From contig JBGAIQ010000001.1 of assembly GCA_044225365.1 (NCBI GenBank), positions 224,001 through 288,000 of the forward strand: a stretch of DNA of 64,000 nt. The letters are read 5' to 3'. The DNA is from Planctomycetota bacterium (GTDB taxonomy: Bacteria; Planctomycetota; B15-G4; JADJEK01). The notes beneath the pieces were generated by a model. The model saw nothing but the letters and a program-made list of their open reading frames with translations, ran no database searches and was not told where the DNA came from. Made by a program: the position numbers and the translations under genes. Below are positions 55,448-64,000 of the stretch, in pieces; position 1 is the first letter of the stretch, and every line of letters starts with the position of its first letter.

Positions 55448-58209
55448 TTCGGCGCGGCGACGAGCGGCAGGACGTGAGCACCGCTGTCGAACAGCGGGTA
55501 AGCAGTGAAGAACGTCGTCGTATCGCGCAGCTCGTCGAGGATCATCTGGAGTTGGTCGGCTGCGAGTCCGAAGTGCACCTCGGCGTTCTGCACCGCGAAA
55601 GGACCGAGCGCGCTCGCGAGCAGGTCGAGGGCGCGGCTCTCGCGCTGGACGCGCGTGCGCAGGTCCTTGCCGTTCGGCGAGCCGGCGGCCGAAGTGAGCC
55701 ACGGTTCGAGCTGCGCGATGTCGAGCTTGGGGATCGCGATGTCCTTCAGCGCACCCTGCTGTTCCGGGGTCCAACCCTTGCTCGCGTCGTACTTGCCCAT
55801 CTGCTCCGCGACGGCGCTCACGACCGTCGCGAGCTGTGCCGCGGAGAATGCGAGCGTCGCACGAACCGCCGCGACCGCGTGGTCCGCGTCCGGAGCGATG
55901 CGACCGTCCACGAGCTGTGCGAACTTCGTCGGGCTGTTGAACGCGCTGAAGGGGTACGGTTTCTTCTGCTTCGCGACCCCGCTCGCGGTCTCGAGCACGA
56001 CCGATTGCCCATCGGGACCGAGTCCGAGGATCTCGGCGTTCGCGTCGCGCTCGGGATGGCGCACCTTCGAGTTGGAGAGTGGAGGCTTGCCGATCGTGGC
56101 GCGAACGTCGTTGGCGACGGACTCGAACGCCTCGAGGTCTTCACGGAGGGTGGACACGACGGACTTGTACTCGGGAGTCTTGAGACTCGCCTCGAGTGTC
56201 TTCATGGGTTCGAGATCGAGCGGCTTCCACGTGCGAACGGCGTCGAACGAACTGGCGCAATTCACGCCTTCGATCACCGATTTGAGGTCGGAGGCGTACG
56301 TCGCCGTGATGAAGGAGGTCGACGCTTCGGCAATCTTCGGCTCGGCCAGTTCCACGGCTTTCAGGGCGTTGGAGAGCGCTTCCTTGGATTTGGCTTCCGA
56401 CTCGGGCAGGGTATCCGCGCCCGCGAACACGCTCTTCGCGTTCGTGACGAGATCCGAGGCGGCTGCGAAGTCGTGGCGCTCGAGCGAGGCCGCGAAGTCG
56501 CGGTCGAAGGTCGAACTCGCATCCGCGACGGCGAGATCGATCTTGGCTCGGGCCGCATCGACTGCGGAAACGAACGCCGGATCGGCGAGGATGTCGGCGG
56601 TGCCACAGCTCGGGTCGGATAGTGCGACGTAAGCCGCAGCGAAGTTCTTCGCGCGCAGCGGCCCGTCGACGAGGGCTTCGAGTTTGCTCGTGGCCGCCGT
56701 GACTGCGGCCGCGTGCTGTTCGGCCTCGCCCTGCTTCTTCTTGATCTCGGCCTCGACGTCGTTCGCCTCGGTCTTGGCGCGTCCCGCCGCATCGGTGTCG
56801 GGAAAATCGTTCGCGACCTTGCGCAGCCCCTCGACGAACGCAGCATCGCCGATCGTCGCGCGCTTCTGCGCGAGTTCGCTGACGGCCGAGACGGCCTTCG
56901 CTTCGTTCTCCGCTCGCAGCGCGCGTTGCTCCGCGTCCGCGGCCTTCTGCTTGTCGGCCTCGTTCGTGACGACGACCTGCTGGACGATCTGCTGCGTCTT
57001 CTCGCGCTTGCCGATCCAACCGAAGTGCCATGCCGCGGCGCCGACCGCAGTGAAGACGACGAGCGCGGCGACCGCGACCGCCGTTCCGCGACCCTTCACG
57101 ACGCGGGTCTCCTCGATGGCGGCGATCAGCTCGGCGCAGGTCTGGAAGCGCTGGGCCGGATCCTTCTTGAGGAGGCGATCGACGATGGCAGTGACGTTGT
57201 CGGGCACGTCCGAGCGCAGGGACTTCACCGCCGGGGGCGGGTCCTTCACTTGTTTGCGCAGGATCTCCTGTGGACTGTCGCCGCTGAACGGCGTCTTGCC
57301 CGTGAGCATCCGGAAGAACGTGGCGCCGAGCGAATAGAGATCGGAGCGGGTGTCGAGCTTCTCGCCCTTCGCTTGCTCGGGAGCGATGAAGTGCGGGGTG
57401 CCGAGGATGCCCGTTTCGCCGTGACCCTCGTGACTCCCCATCGCAAGGCCGAGATCGGCGATCTTCACGATGTTGGTGTCGGTAAGCATCAGATTGTCGG
57501 GCTTGATGTCGCGGTGGATGAGCTTCTTCATCTCCGCGTACTGCAGGCCCTTCGCGGCTTCCAGCAACCAATCGATCGACTGGTCGATCGACTGCGGCCC
57601 GCCCTTGTTGATGCGATCCTCGACCGTCCCGCCCGACATGTACTCCATCGCGTAGAACACGAGACCCGCGTCCTCTTCGACGTCGTACACCTGCACGATG
57701 TTCGGGTGGTTCAACTGCCCCGCGGCGCGCGCCTCCTTGAAGAACTGCTCGACGAACTTCTGATCGCGGGCGAGTTCGGGCGCGAGGATCTTCAGCGCGA
57801 CTTCGCGGTTGAGCGACTTCTGGAGTGCGCGATACACGGTGCCCATTCCGCCGCGACCGAGGCGCTGCAGGAGTTGGAACCCGCCGAGCGTCTTGCCGGC
57901 CGCGCCACCCGCTTCGGTGTCGGCGAAGAACGAGACGACGTCGCTGCCGATCGCGATGCGATCCCCGGACGCGAGCTCGTGGACGCCGTCGATCTTGGTG
58001 TCGTTGACGAACGTGCCGTTGCTCGATTCGCTGTCCTTGAGGTAGTAGCGACCGTCCTTGCCGCGGAGTTTCGCGTGCACGCGCGAAGCGAGATCGTTGT
58101 CGACCCGCACTTCGGCGCGTTCATCGCGGCCGAGGGTGTAGACCTTGTCCGGCTCGACGCGGATCGTGGAGCCTTTGTTCGGACCGGATTCGAAGATCAG
58201 GACGGGCAA
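55444..58209 (-). CDS. FHA-domain Ser/Thr protein kinase with TM segment and large helical C-terminal domain
   Basis: FHA (LGR, SRVHA, SSNGTFVN); kinase GRGGMG, VALK, HRDIKPDN, DLGLA, APE; TM AVAVAALVVF. Start set at TTG 58209. Confidence 0.93.
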   Translation of the reverse strand: MPVLIFESGPNKGSTIRVEPDKVYTLGRDERAEVRVDNDLASRVHAKLRGKDGRYYLKDSESSNGTFVNDTKIDGVHELASGDRIAIGSDVVSFFADTEAGGAAGKTLGGFQLLQRLGRGGMGTVYRALQKSLNREVALKILAPELARDQKFVEQFFKEARAAGQLNHPNIVQVYDVEEDAGLVFYAMEYMSGGTVEDRINKGGPQSIDQSIDWLLEAAKGLQYAEMKKLIHRDIKPDNLMLTDTNIVKIADLGLAMGSHEGHGETGILGTPHFIAPEQAKGEKLDTRSDLYSLGATFFRMLTGKTPFSGDSPQEILRKQVKDPPPAVKSLRSDVPDNVTAIVDRLLKKDPAQRFQTCAELIAAIEETRVVKGRGTAVAVAALVVFTAVGAAAWHFGWIGKREKTQQIVQQVVVTNEADKQKAADAEQRALRAENEAKAVSAVSELAQKRATIGDAAFVEGLRKVANDFPDTDAAGRAKTEANDVEAEIKKKQGEAEQHAAAVTAATSKLEALVDGPLRAKNFAAAYVALSDPSCGTADILADPAFVSAVDAARAKIDLAVADASSTFDRDFAASLERHDFAAASDLVTNAKSVFAGADTLPESEAKSKEALSNALKAVELAEPKIAEASTSFITATYASDLKSVIEGVNCASSFDAVRTWKPLDLEPMKTLEASLKTPEYKSVVSTLREDLEAFESVANDVRATIGKPPLSNSKVRHPERDANAEILGLGPDGQSVVLETASGVAKQKKPYPFSAFNSPTKFAQLVDGRIAPDADHAVAAVRATLAFSAAQLATVVSAVAEQMGKYDASKGWTPEQQGALKDIAIPKLDIAQLEPWLTSAAGSPNGKDLRTRVQRESRALDLLASALGPFAVQNAEVHFGLAADQLQMILDELRDTTTFFTAYPLFDSGAHVLPLVAAPK

Positions 58210-58351
58210 ACGGAACCTGCCTTGCAATGAGAGGTCGATCGCGGTGCGGTCTTCGGTTCGGACGAGGTCGGATCTTCGAACCGAGGGACGAAGGGGTCGA
58301 TCATCGGAGTACGCGAGCCGAAGATCAAGGGGGAGACGAGGGGAGAGGGGA

Positions 58352-59128
58352 TCACTCGCCGGGATCGGATCCCGCGTCGATTCCCGAGAACAAGGCGCTG
58401 CCGACGCGCACCAGCGTCGCGCCCTCTTCGATCGCGGCTTCGAAATCGTTCGACATGCCCATCGACAGTTCGGTGCAGCGGGGGCCGAGCGCGGAGCGGT
58501 AGCGGTCGCGAAGCTCGCGCAATGCCGCGAAGTGTGGCCGCGCCGCCTGCGCATCCGAACCGAGCGGGGCCATGGTCATGAGGCCCACGACATCGCAGTG
58601 CTTCACGTCGGCCACGGCCGTGAGCAGGGCCTCGAAGCGCGCGGGATCGGCGCCATGTTTGCTCTTCTCGCCGCTGACGTTGACCTGGAGCAGGACCTGC
58701 GGCCGGCGCCGTAGTTCGGCGGCAACGCGGTCGATCCGCCGCAGCAAGTCGTCGTCGTGGACGGAGTGGATCCAATCGAAGAGCTCGACGGCTCTGCGGA
58801 CCTTGTTCGATTGGAGATGCCCGATCAGATGCCATTCGAGGAGAGGATCCGTCGGCAGACTCGGCGGCGAGGATTCGTCGGGGGGCACGGCATGGGTCGA
58901 AGAACCGAGCGCGGAGATCTTCGGCGCTGCATCCTGGACCCGATTCTCACCGAGGACACGAACTTCGAAACGAATGAGTCGGCGGATGATACCGAGAGAG
59001 CAAGTCTTGGTAACTGCAACCAGCCGGGCGCCTTCGGCCGGTCGCCCGCTGCGTGAGAGCGCGGCGTGGATGCGGTCCTGCACGGTCGCGAGATTCTCGC
59101 GCAAAGCCTGGTCGATGGAGTGAGTCAT
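58352..59128 (-). CDS. yggS: PLP homeostasis protein YggS/PROSC
   Basis: LVAVTK, GENRVQD, WHLIGHLQSNK, GLMTM, LSMGMSNDF, VRVGSALF. Confidence 0.96.
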   Translation of the reverse strand: MTHSIDQALRENLATVQDRIHAALSRSGRPAEGARLVAVTKTCSLGIIRRLIRFEVRVLGENRVQDAAPKISALGSSTHAVPPDESSPPSLPTDPLLEWHLIGHLQSNKVRRAVELFDWIHSVHDDDLLRRIDRVAAELRRRPQVLLQVNVSGEKSKHGADPARFEALLTAVADVKHCDVVGLMTMAPLGSDAQAARPHFAALRELRDRYRSALGPRCTELSMGMSNDFEAAIEEGATLVRVGSALFSGIDAGSDPGE

Positions 59129-59244
59129 CGGTCCTTCCTCCGCGTCGCGTGAAGGCGATGCAGGTGGACCCTCCAGTACCAGACTCGACGCAGGGCGTCA
59201 ACGCGACCGCTTCACGAGCGCCTAAGCCTCGGCAGAGTTTGTCC

Positions 59245-59272
59245 TTGACCGGGTTTTCGCCCGAACTAAGAT
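59245..59272 (+). promoter_or_regulatory. sigma70-type promoter
   Basis: TTGACC, 16-nt spacer, TAAGAT upstream of 59301. Confidence 0.5.
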
Positions 59273-59300
59273 CCCGCGGTCCTTTTCTTGGGAGCGTCTG

Positions 59301-60452
59301 ATGACGAGGTATTTGCGTCGCTCACTCGTCGCGTTCGCGGCAGCGTCCGCGGCTGTCGCGTTGTCCGCCTGTTTCTCGATGTCCGATCTTGGTCCTTATG
59401 ACCAAGGCTCGGAGATCCCGCGCACTCCAGGCGCGATCGCTCGAGCTCTCAAGCTCGACGGCGTCGCCTGGGCGCCGATCCCCATCGCGAAGTACTCGGG
59501 TGCACCGATCGCACAGCTCATCGTCGCCGATGACGCCGCGTACTGCATCTCCGAGAACGACACGGTGTCGGTCGTGGGCATCGGGGACGGTGCGCCGCGC
59601 TGGTCGCTGAAGCTCGACCGCTCGCCGGCGTCGAAGGATGGTTTCGTGTGGGGCCTCAACAGTGTGGGCTTCCTCTCACAGAACCACCTGACGGTCGTCA
59701 GCAAGCGCGCAGGCGCGCGCCTTGCGAACTGCGACCTCGGCTTCGCGCCGTCGTCCGCAGGCTTGCTCACCGACGACTCCTTCTTCTCGGGCGCGTGGGG
59801 CAGCGGTTATGCGTTCCGCAGCGCGGCCCTGAGCGACGGTTGGCCGGGATGGGCCAACGTCGTCGACGACGCGATCACGGCGAAGCCGTTGATGCTGGGC
59901 ACGACAGGCGCGGACCGCGCGATCGTGTTCGCCTCGCACGACGGTCGTGTCGTGTCGGTCGAGCCGCGTCCCTCGAGCGGTGCTCCCCCCGAACCGAATT
60001 GGGTCGTGAAGACCACGGGCGGCAACGTCAACGACCTCGCCACCGACGGGCAGAGCGTCTACGTCGCCTGTAACGATGGCGTCCTCTATGGCATCTCGCG
60101 CGGCGCCGGTGTCGCACGATGGAAGTGGTACAACGACGGTGGCGCTCCGTTGGCGCATGGTCCCGAAGCCGCGAACGGTCTGGTCTATCAGCCGACGGCG
60201 GGCTCGGTGGTCGCGATCGACGCGGCGTCCGGTCACGAGAAGTACCGCGTGCAGGGCGCGAGCCACTATCTCACGCACATCGGTGATCGGGACTTCTACT
60301 CGATGACCGATCGCTCCATCGGCGCGGTGGAGACCGAGACGGGTCGAGTCACCAGCACGGTGACGAGCCCGCTGTTCGTGATGGTTCCGACCTATCGGGC
60401 CGGCGGGGCGCTCGTGTTCAGCGACGGCAAGACGCTCTTCGCGTTGCGCTGA
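59301..60452 (+). CDS. PQQ-like beta-propeller lipoprotein (BamB-like fold)
   Basis: Lipobox LSA|C; repeated A.D..G...W blades. Confidence 0.8.
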   Translation: MTRYLRRSLVAFAAASAAVALSACFSMSDLGPYDQGSEIPRTPGAIARALKLDGVAWAPIPIAKYSGAPIAQLIVADDAAYCISENDTVSVVGIGDGAPRWSLKLDRSPASKDGFVWGLNSVGFLSQNHLTVVSKRAGARLANCDLGFAPSSAGLLTDDSFFSGAWGSGYAFRSAALSDGWPGWANVVDDAITAKPLMLGTTGADRAIVFASHDGRVVSVEPRPSSGAPPEPNWVVKTTGGNVNDLATDGQSVYVACNDGVLYGISRGAGVARWKWYNDGGAPLAHGPEAANGLVYQPTAGSVVAIDAASGHEKYRVQGASHYLTHIGDRDFYSMTDRSIGAVETETGRVTSTVTSPLFVMVPTYRAGGALVFSDGKTLFALR

Positions 60453-60473
60453 ACTCCACGCTCGCACGAGAAT

Positions 60474-60517
60474 CGACGCGGTCCCCAACTTCCATTCGGG
60501 AGTTGGGGACCGCGTCG
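60474..60517. terminator. Strong stem-loop between convergent genes
   Basis: Perfect 17-bp inverted repeat CGACGCGGTCCCCAACT / AGTTGGGGACCGCGTCG followed by TTT. Confidence 0.7.
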
Positions 60518-60546
60518 TTTGCGTAGTGCGCTCGGGCGGCCCTTGT

Positions 60547-61104
60547 TCAGGACTTGCCGGGGACGCCGGTGACGGTCTTCCCGCGGTAGCCCGACATGCC
60601 GCCGACGACGTTCGTCACGTTGCTCCAGCCATGCGAGCTGAGGAAGTCGCACGCCGCCGCGGAGCGGCTGCCCGCAGCGCAGACGACGAGAACGGTGCCA
60701 TTGCGCGGAATCTCGCGAGCGCGCTTCTCGATCTGATCGACGGGGATCCACAGCGCATGCTCGATGTGGCCACCGGCGACCTCTTGTTCGGTCCGCACGT
60801 CGACGACGACGAGATCCTTCGGCCGCTCGTTCTCGACCAGCCGCCGAGCCTTCTCCGAATCGATCTCGGGGAACAAGCGGCCCTCCTCGATCATCCCGGG
60901 ATCGAGCGGCGTGCCTCCGGCGAGCAACTTCAAGAAGCCCTCGCAGCGAGTGGCGCGCGCGAGCGCGTCCTCGGCGTCGATGCGACCGCGGCGGGCGTCG
61001 CTCTCGAGTTCCTCGAGTTTCTTCTTCGCGGCAGCAGCGGCCGAACTCGCGCGGAAGGCGGCGAGCAGAGCGAGGATCGCGATGGCGAGGGCGGCTTGGT
61101 CCAT
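60547..61104 (-). CDS. Membrane-anchored rhodanese-domain protein
   Basis: N-terminal TM plus coiled coil; VDVR..E...GHI..A; active loop CAAGSRS; GGM. Confidence 0.88.
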   Translation of the reverse strand: MDQAALAIAILALLAAFRASSAAAAAKKKLEELESDARRGRIDAEDALARATRCEGFLKLLAGGTPLDPGMIEEGRLFPEIDSEKARRLVENERPKDLVVVDVRTEQEVAGGHIEHALWIPVDQIEKRAREIPRNGTVLVVCAAGSRSAAACDFLSSHGWSNVTNVVGGMSGYRGKTVTGVPGKS

Positions 61105-61201
61105 GGACGCATTGACTCCAGGGGAAGGGTTCGATTCCGGCGTGAGGATCGCGCCATCGATAGCGAAGATCGCGCGCTCGTCCAGTCGCTCGATCGCGCC
61201 C

Positions 61202-62200
61202 TCAGGCGTGATTTCCATCTAGCCGAGCGATGGCGCGGACGATGTCGTCGTGCTGCGGACCATTCGTGACCAGGACGCCGCGGTTGTTCTCGAGACGGCG
61301 TCCCGTGCGGAAGTCGAGGTTCTTCCCGTCCTGGTCGGTGACGCGGGCGCTCGCTGCGAGCGCGATCGCGACGCCGGGCACGTGATCCCACACCTGGTCG
61401 CGCCATTCGCGCGTGCTCCGAGGCCGCAGGTAGATCTCGGCGTCCCCGCGAGCCAGCACGGCGTACTTGACCTGACTGTCGATCTTCACCTTTCCACCGC
61501 GGAGGTCCATCGCCGCGATCAGGTCGTCGACGAGCTTGGGATCGCCATGACTGGATTCGACCGACGCGAGCATGCGGAGCGAACCGGCATGGGAGCGTGC
61601 CGAGACGCGGATCCGCCGCGACGATGCGCCCTCGGGGTCGAGCGGATGTTCATAGGCCCCGCCGCCGCGCACCGCCGTCACGACGACGCCTTTGCGATCC
61701 GCGGAATCGAAGGTCTCGAGGTTCGGGCAGACGAGCACCCCGGCGACCGGAGTTCCGACGTCGAGGACGCCGACGGCGATCGCATAGTGGTCACCCCGCA
61801 AGAATCCCTTCGTACCGTCGATCGGGTCGACCGTGATCGCGATCTGGGACTCCTTGTCGCCGCAATGATCGATCCACGCGTAGAGTTGTTCGCGGGTGAC
61901 CTGTTGCGAGAGGGAATCCGACACTAGCTGCCGGACGCGCTCGAGCGTCGATTCGCTCTGCTTCTTTCGAAGGGGTGCGCTCGCTTCCTCCGAGATGATC
62001 GAAACGGTGGGGAAGCGGATCGCGATCTCGCGAAGGATCAGCGCCTGCGAGGCGTAGTCGGCGACGGTCACCGGCTCGTTTCCGGCCTTGGCGAGGGCGC
62101 CGTGCGCACCCGCATCCTCGGCTTGCACTCGACGGGTGACCTCCGCAGCGAGGGTTGTGCCGCGCACGATCGCGTCGACGAGGGATTCGAGCTGGATCAT
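61202..62200 (-). CDS. 3'(2'),5'-bisphosphate nucleotidase, HAL2/SAL1-like
   Basis: PVTVADYASQA, EE, DPIDGTKGFLRG..YAIA, CPNL, SVESSH, DSQVKY, WDH. Confidence 0.88.
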   Translation of the reverse strand: MIQLESLVDAIVRGTTLAAEVTRRVQAEDAGAHGALAKAGNEPVTVADYASQALILREIAIRFPTVSIISEEASAPLRKKQSESTLERVRQLVSDSLSQQVTREQLYAWIDHCGDKESQIAITVDPIDGTKGFLRGDHYAIAVGVLDVGTPVAGVLVCPNLETFDSADRKGVVVTAVRGGGAYEHPLDPEGASSRRIRVSARSHAGSLRMLASVESSHGDPKLVDDLIAAMDLRGGKVKIDSQVKYAVLARGDAEIYLRPRSTREWRDQVWDHVPGVAIALAASARVTDQDGKNLDFRTGRRLENNRGVLVTNGPQHDDIVRAIARLDGNHA

Positions 62201-62219
62201 CGTCTTCGATTCCGTTTCA

Positions 62220-64000
62220 TCATTTCGGGAAGAGCTTCTTCCACGCACCGGGCTGATCCTTCAGCTTCCAGTCGAACCATGCGAGGATCGATTTCATCCA
62301 GAGCTTGCGGATCGGATAGGTCAAGACGTGATGGTCCTGGCCGGACCATTTGAGGAATTCGACGTCCTTCCCGAGGAGCTTCAACGCAGTGTACATCTGC
62401 TCGCTCTCGCCGATCGGGACATTGGTGTCGGAGTCGCCGTGGGAGAGCAACAGCGACGCGGTGATCTTGTCGGCGTGGAAGAGGGGGCTCTTGTCGATGT
62501 AGATCTCCCTGGCGTTCCACGGGAACTTCTCGGCCGTCGCGACCGCGCTGTACTGGTATCCCCAGAAACCTTCACCCCAATAGCTCGAGAGCGCGCTGAT
62601 GCCGGCGTGGCTGACCGCCGCCTTGAACTTGTTCGTCTTCGTGAGGAGCGACTCGGTCATGAAGCCGCCGTACGACGCGCCGATGCACCCGACGCGCGCC
62701 GGATCGACGGCGGGATGATCGGCGAGGAAGCGATCGAGGCACGCGAGGATCTCGGTACAGGTGCGGTCGCCCCAGTCGTTGACATGGCGCGCGGCGAACT
62801 CCGTTCCGCGACCCGTCGCTCCCGATGGAGTCAGTGTGTACGTGACGTAGCCGTTCGCTGCCCAGAGATCGCGGGGATAGCGGCCTCCGAAGTCGCGGGG
62901 GACCGGCATCGTTCCGCCGTAGTAGAACACGATCGCGGGATAGCGCTTCGTCTTGTCGTAGCCGAGCGGTAGATGGACGTAGCCCTCGATCGTCTCGCCC
63001 GAGGCGAGCTTCAGGTCGTAACGCTCGGTCTCTCCGAACGCGATTCGCGAGAAGCGCTGGTCCTCGGGGGCCCACACCGGCCCACCGGCGTCGGCCTGAA
63101 TCGGGTCGAGGGTGACGAGTCGCTGCGGATTCGAGAGACCCGTGCCCGCCACCGCGATGCGGCGTCCATCCTCGGACGCGGCGAGCGTGGTGGCGACATC
63201 GAAGGGTAGCTTCAGGCGCGAGAGCGTGCGCGTCGCGAGATCGAGCCGCGCGGCGCCCACGGTGAGGCCGTCCTCGAGCAGGAGGAACATGCCACCGCTC
63301 TTCACGGCGGGGATCAGGTTCTTCACGTTCGCGCTGAGATCGCGAACGATCGGTTCGACGCTCTTCGATCCGCGATCGAGCGAGTAGAGGAGCGTGTCGA
63401 AATCGTTCGGGATCGTCGTGCCGCGTGCTGCAGCGCCGACCGCGAGATTGCTCGGCCCGCCGAGCACGAAGATCTCGTCGTTGCGACCGCTATAGGCCGC
63501 GCCCGCGAGGGATCCGCTCGAGTAGATCTTGGTCGCTTCGAGTGTCGTGAGATCGAGTTCGAAGAGATCGGTCGACTGATACGGTCGCTCCAGCACGTCG
63601 TAGCGGGTGCGCTGGAACAGGACCGCTTTGCCATCGGCCCGCACGTCGACGAGGGCGACCGAGAGGTCGCCGCCGACGATCTTGCTGCGAAGCCCCACGC
63701 CGTCGCAGTTCGCGAACCAGAGGTGTCCCACGTTGCGTTGACCGGGCCAACGGTCGACGAGACCGCGCATCCGTTTCACGCCGCGGTCGTCCGCCTTCTC
63801 CTCGGTCGTGACCACGTAGAGGATTCCACGGCCACCGGGGAGCCAGCGCACGGAGCCGAGCTTCTCGACATCCCGGAGGATCGGCCGCGCTGCGCCGCCG
63901 TTGGCGTCGCGGCGCCACAGGGTTCCCTTGTCGCCGTCGCGCACGACGTAGCTGAATCCGCTACCGTCGGGGAGCCACTGGAACTCCGAGAAGTCGCCGA
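62220..64000 (-). CDS. S9 family (acylaminoacyl/dipeptidyl) peptidase, 5' end outside the window
   Basis: GASYGG nucleophile, HGDSDTNVP, GQDH; frame stays open to the window edge (QWLPDGSGFSYV). Confidence 0.92.
   Translation of the reverse strand, partial: GDFSEFQWLPDGSGFSYVVRDGDKGTLWRRDANGGAARPILRDVEKLGSVRWLPGGRGILYVVTTEEKADDRGVKRMRGLVDRWPGQRNVGHLWFANCDGVGLRSKIVGGDLSVALVDVRADGKAVLFQRTRYDVLERPYQSTDLFELDLTTLEATKIYSSGSLAGAAYSGRNDEIFVLGGPSNLAVGAAARGTTIPNDFDTLLYSLDRGSKSVEPIVRDLSANVKNLIPAVKSGGMFLLLEDGLTVGAARLDLATRTLSRLKLPFDVATTLAASEDGRRIAVAGTGLSNPQRLVTLDPIQADAGGPVWAPEDQRFSRIAFGETERYDLKLASGETIEGYVHLPLGYDKTKRYPAIVFYYGGTMPVPRDFGGRYPRDLWAANGYVTYTLTPSGATGRGTEFAARHVNDWGDRTCTEILACLDRFLADHPAVDPARVGCIGASYGGFMTESLLTKTNKFKAAVSHAGISALSSYWGEGFWGYQYSAVATAEKFPWNAREIYIDKSPLFHADKITASLLLSHGDSDTNVPIGESEQMYTALKLLGKDVEFLKWSGQDHHVLTYPIRKLWMKSILAWFDWKLKDQPGAWKKLFPK

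Noticed and set aside
58210-58351. Pyrimidine-rich, partly self-complementary gap between yggS and the kinase as an ncRNA
   Set aside because: Only short imperfect stems and no family I recognise; a covariance search would be needed.

Overview
A gene-dense, high-GC bacterial chromosomal segment with about 50 CDSs. It is most likely from a Planctomycetota member; this is an inference from an H-X9-DG prepilin-like protein, a TsaC/LMW-phosphatase fusion, a zinc-ribbon protein, a HAL2-type nucleotidase and the dksA-lspA gene order. Most content is housekeeping (uvrB, uvrC, xerD, lspA, secA, waaA, metK, pyk, dcd, sucCD, tatA, folD, serS, rpsU, dnaK, purN, yggS). There is also envelope and secretion machinery (a gspDEFGHIJ type II secretion-like operon, a GldAFG/DUF4340-like ABC system, a tricorn-like S41 protease, an S9 peptidase, a beta-propeller lipoprotein) and signalling genes. 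I saw no rRNA, tRNA, CRISPR array, IS element or prophage, and no unmistakable new multi-gene system. The best leads are: (1) a 39.3-44.2 kb phospho-signalling and stress cluster, with EIIA, a degenerate TsaC domain fused to a YwlE-type phosphatase, a sensor-less histidine kinase, and dnaK behind a sigma54-like promoter with paired enhancer-like sites; (2) a FolD whose cyclohydrolase and NADP-specificity residues are substituted; (3) SecA with an 88-aa insertion in NBD2; (4) a receiver protein with an unrecognised N-terminal domain. All family calls come from motif recognition by eye, not database searches.
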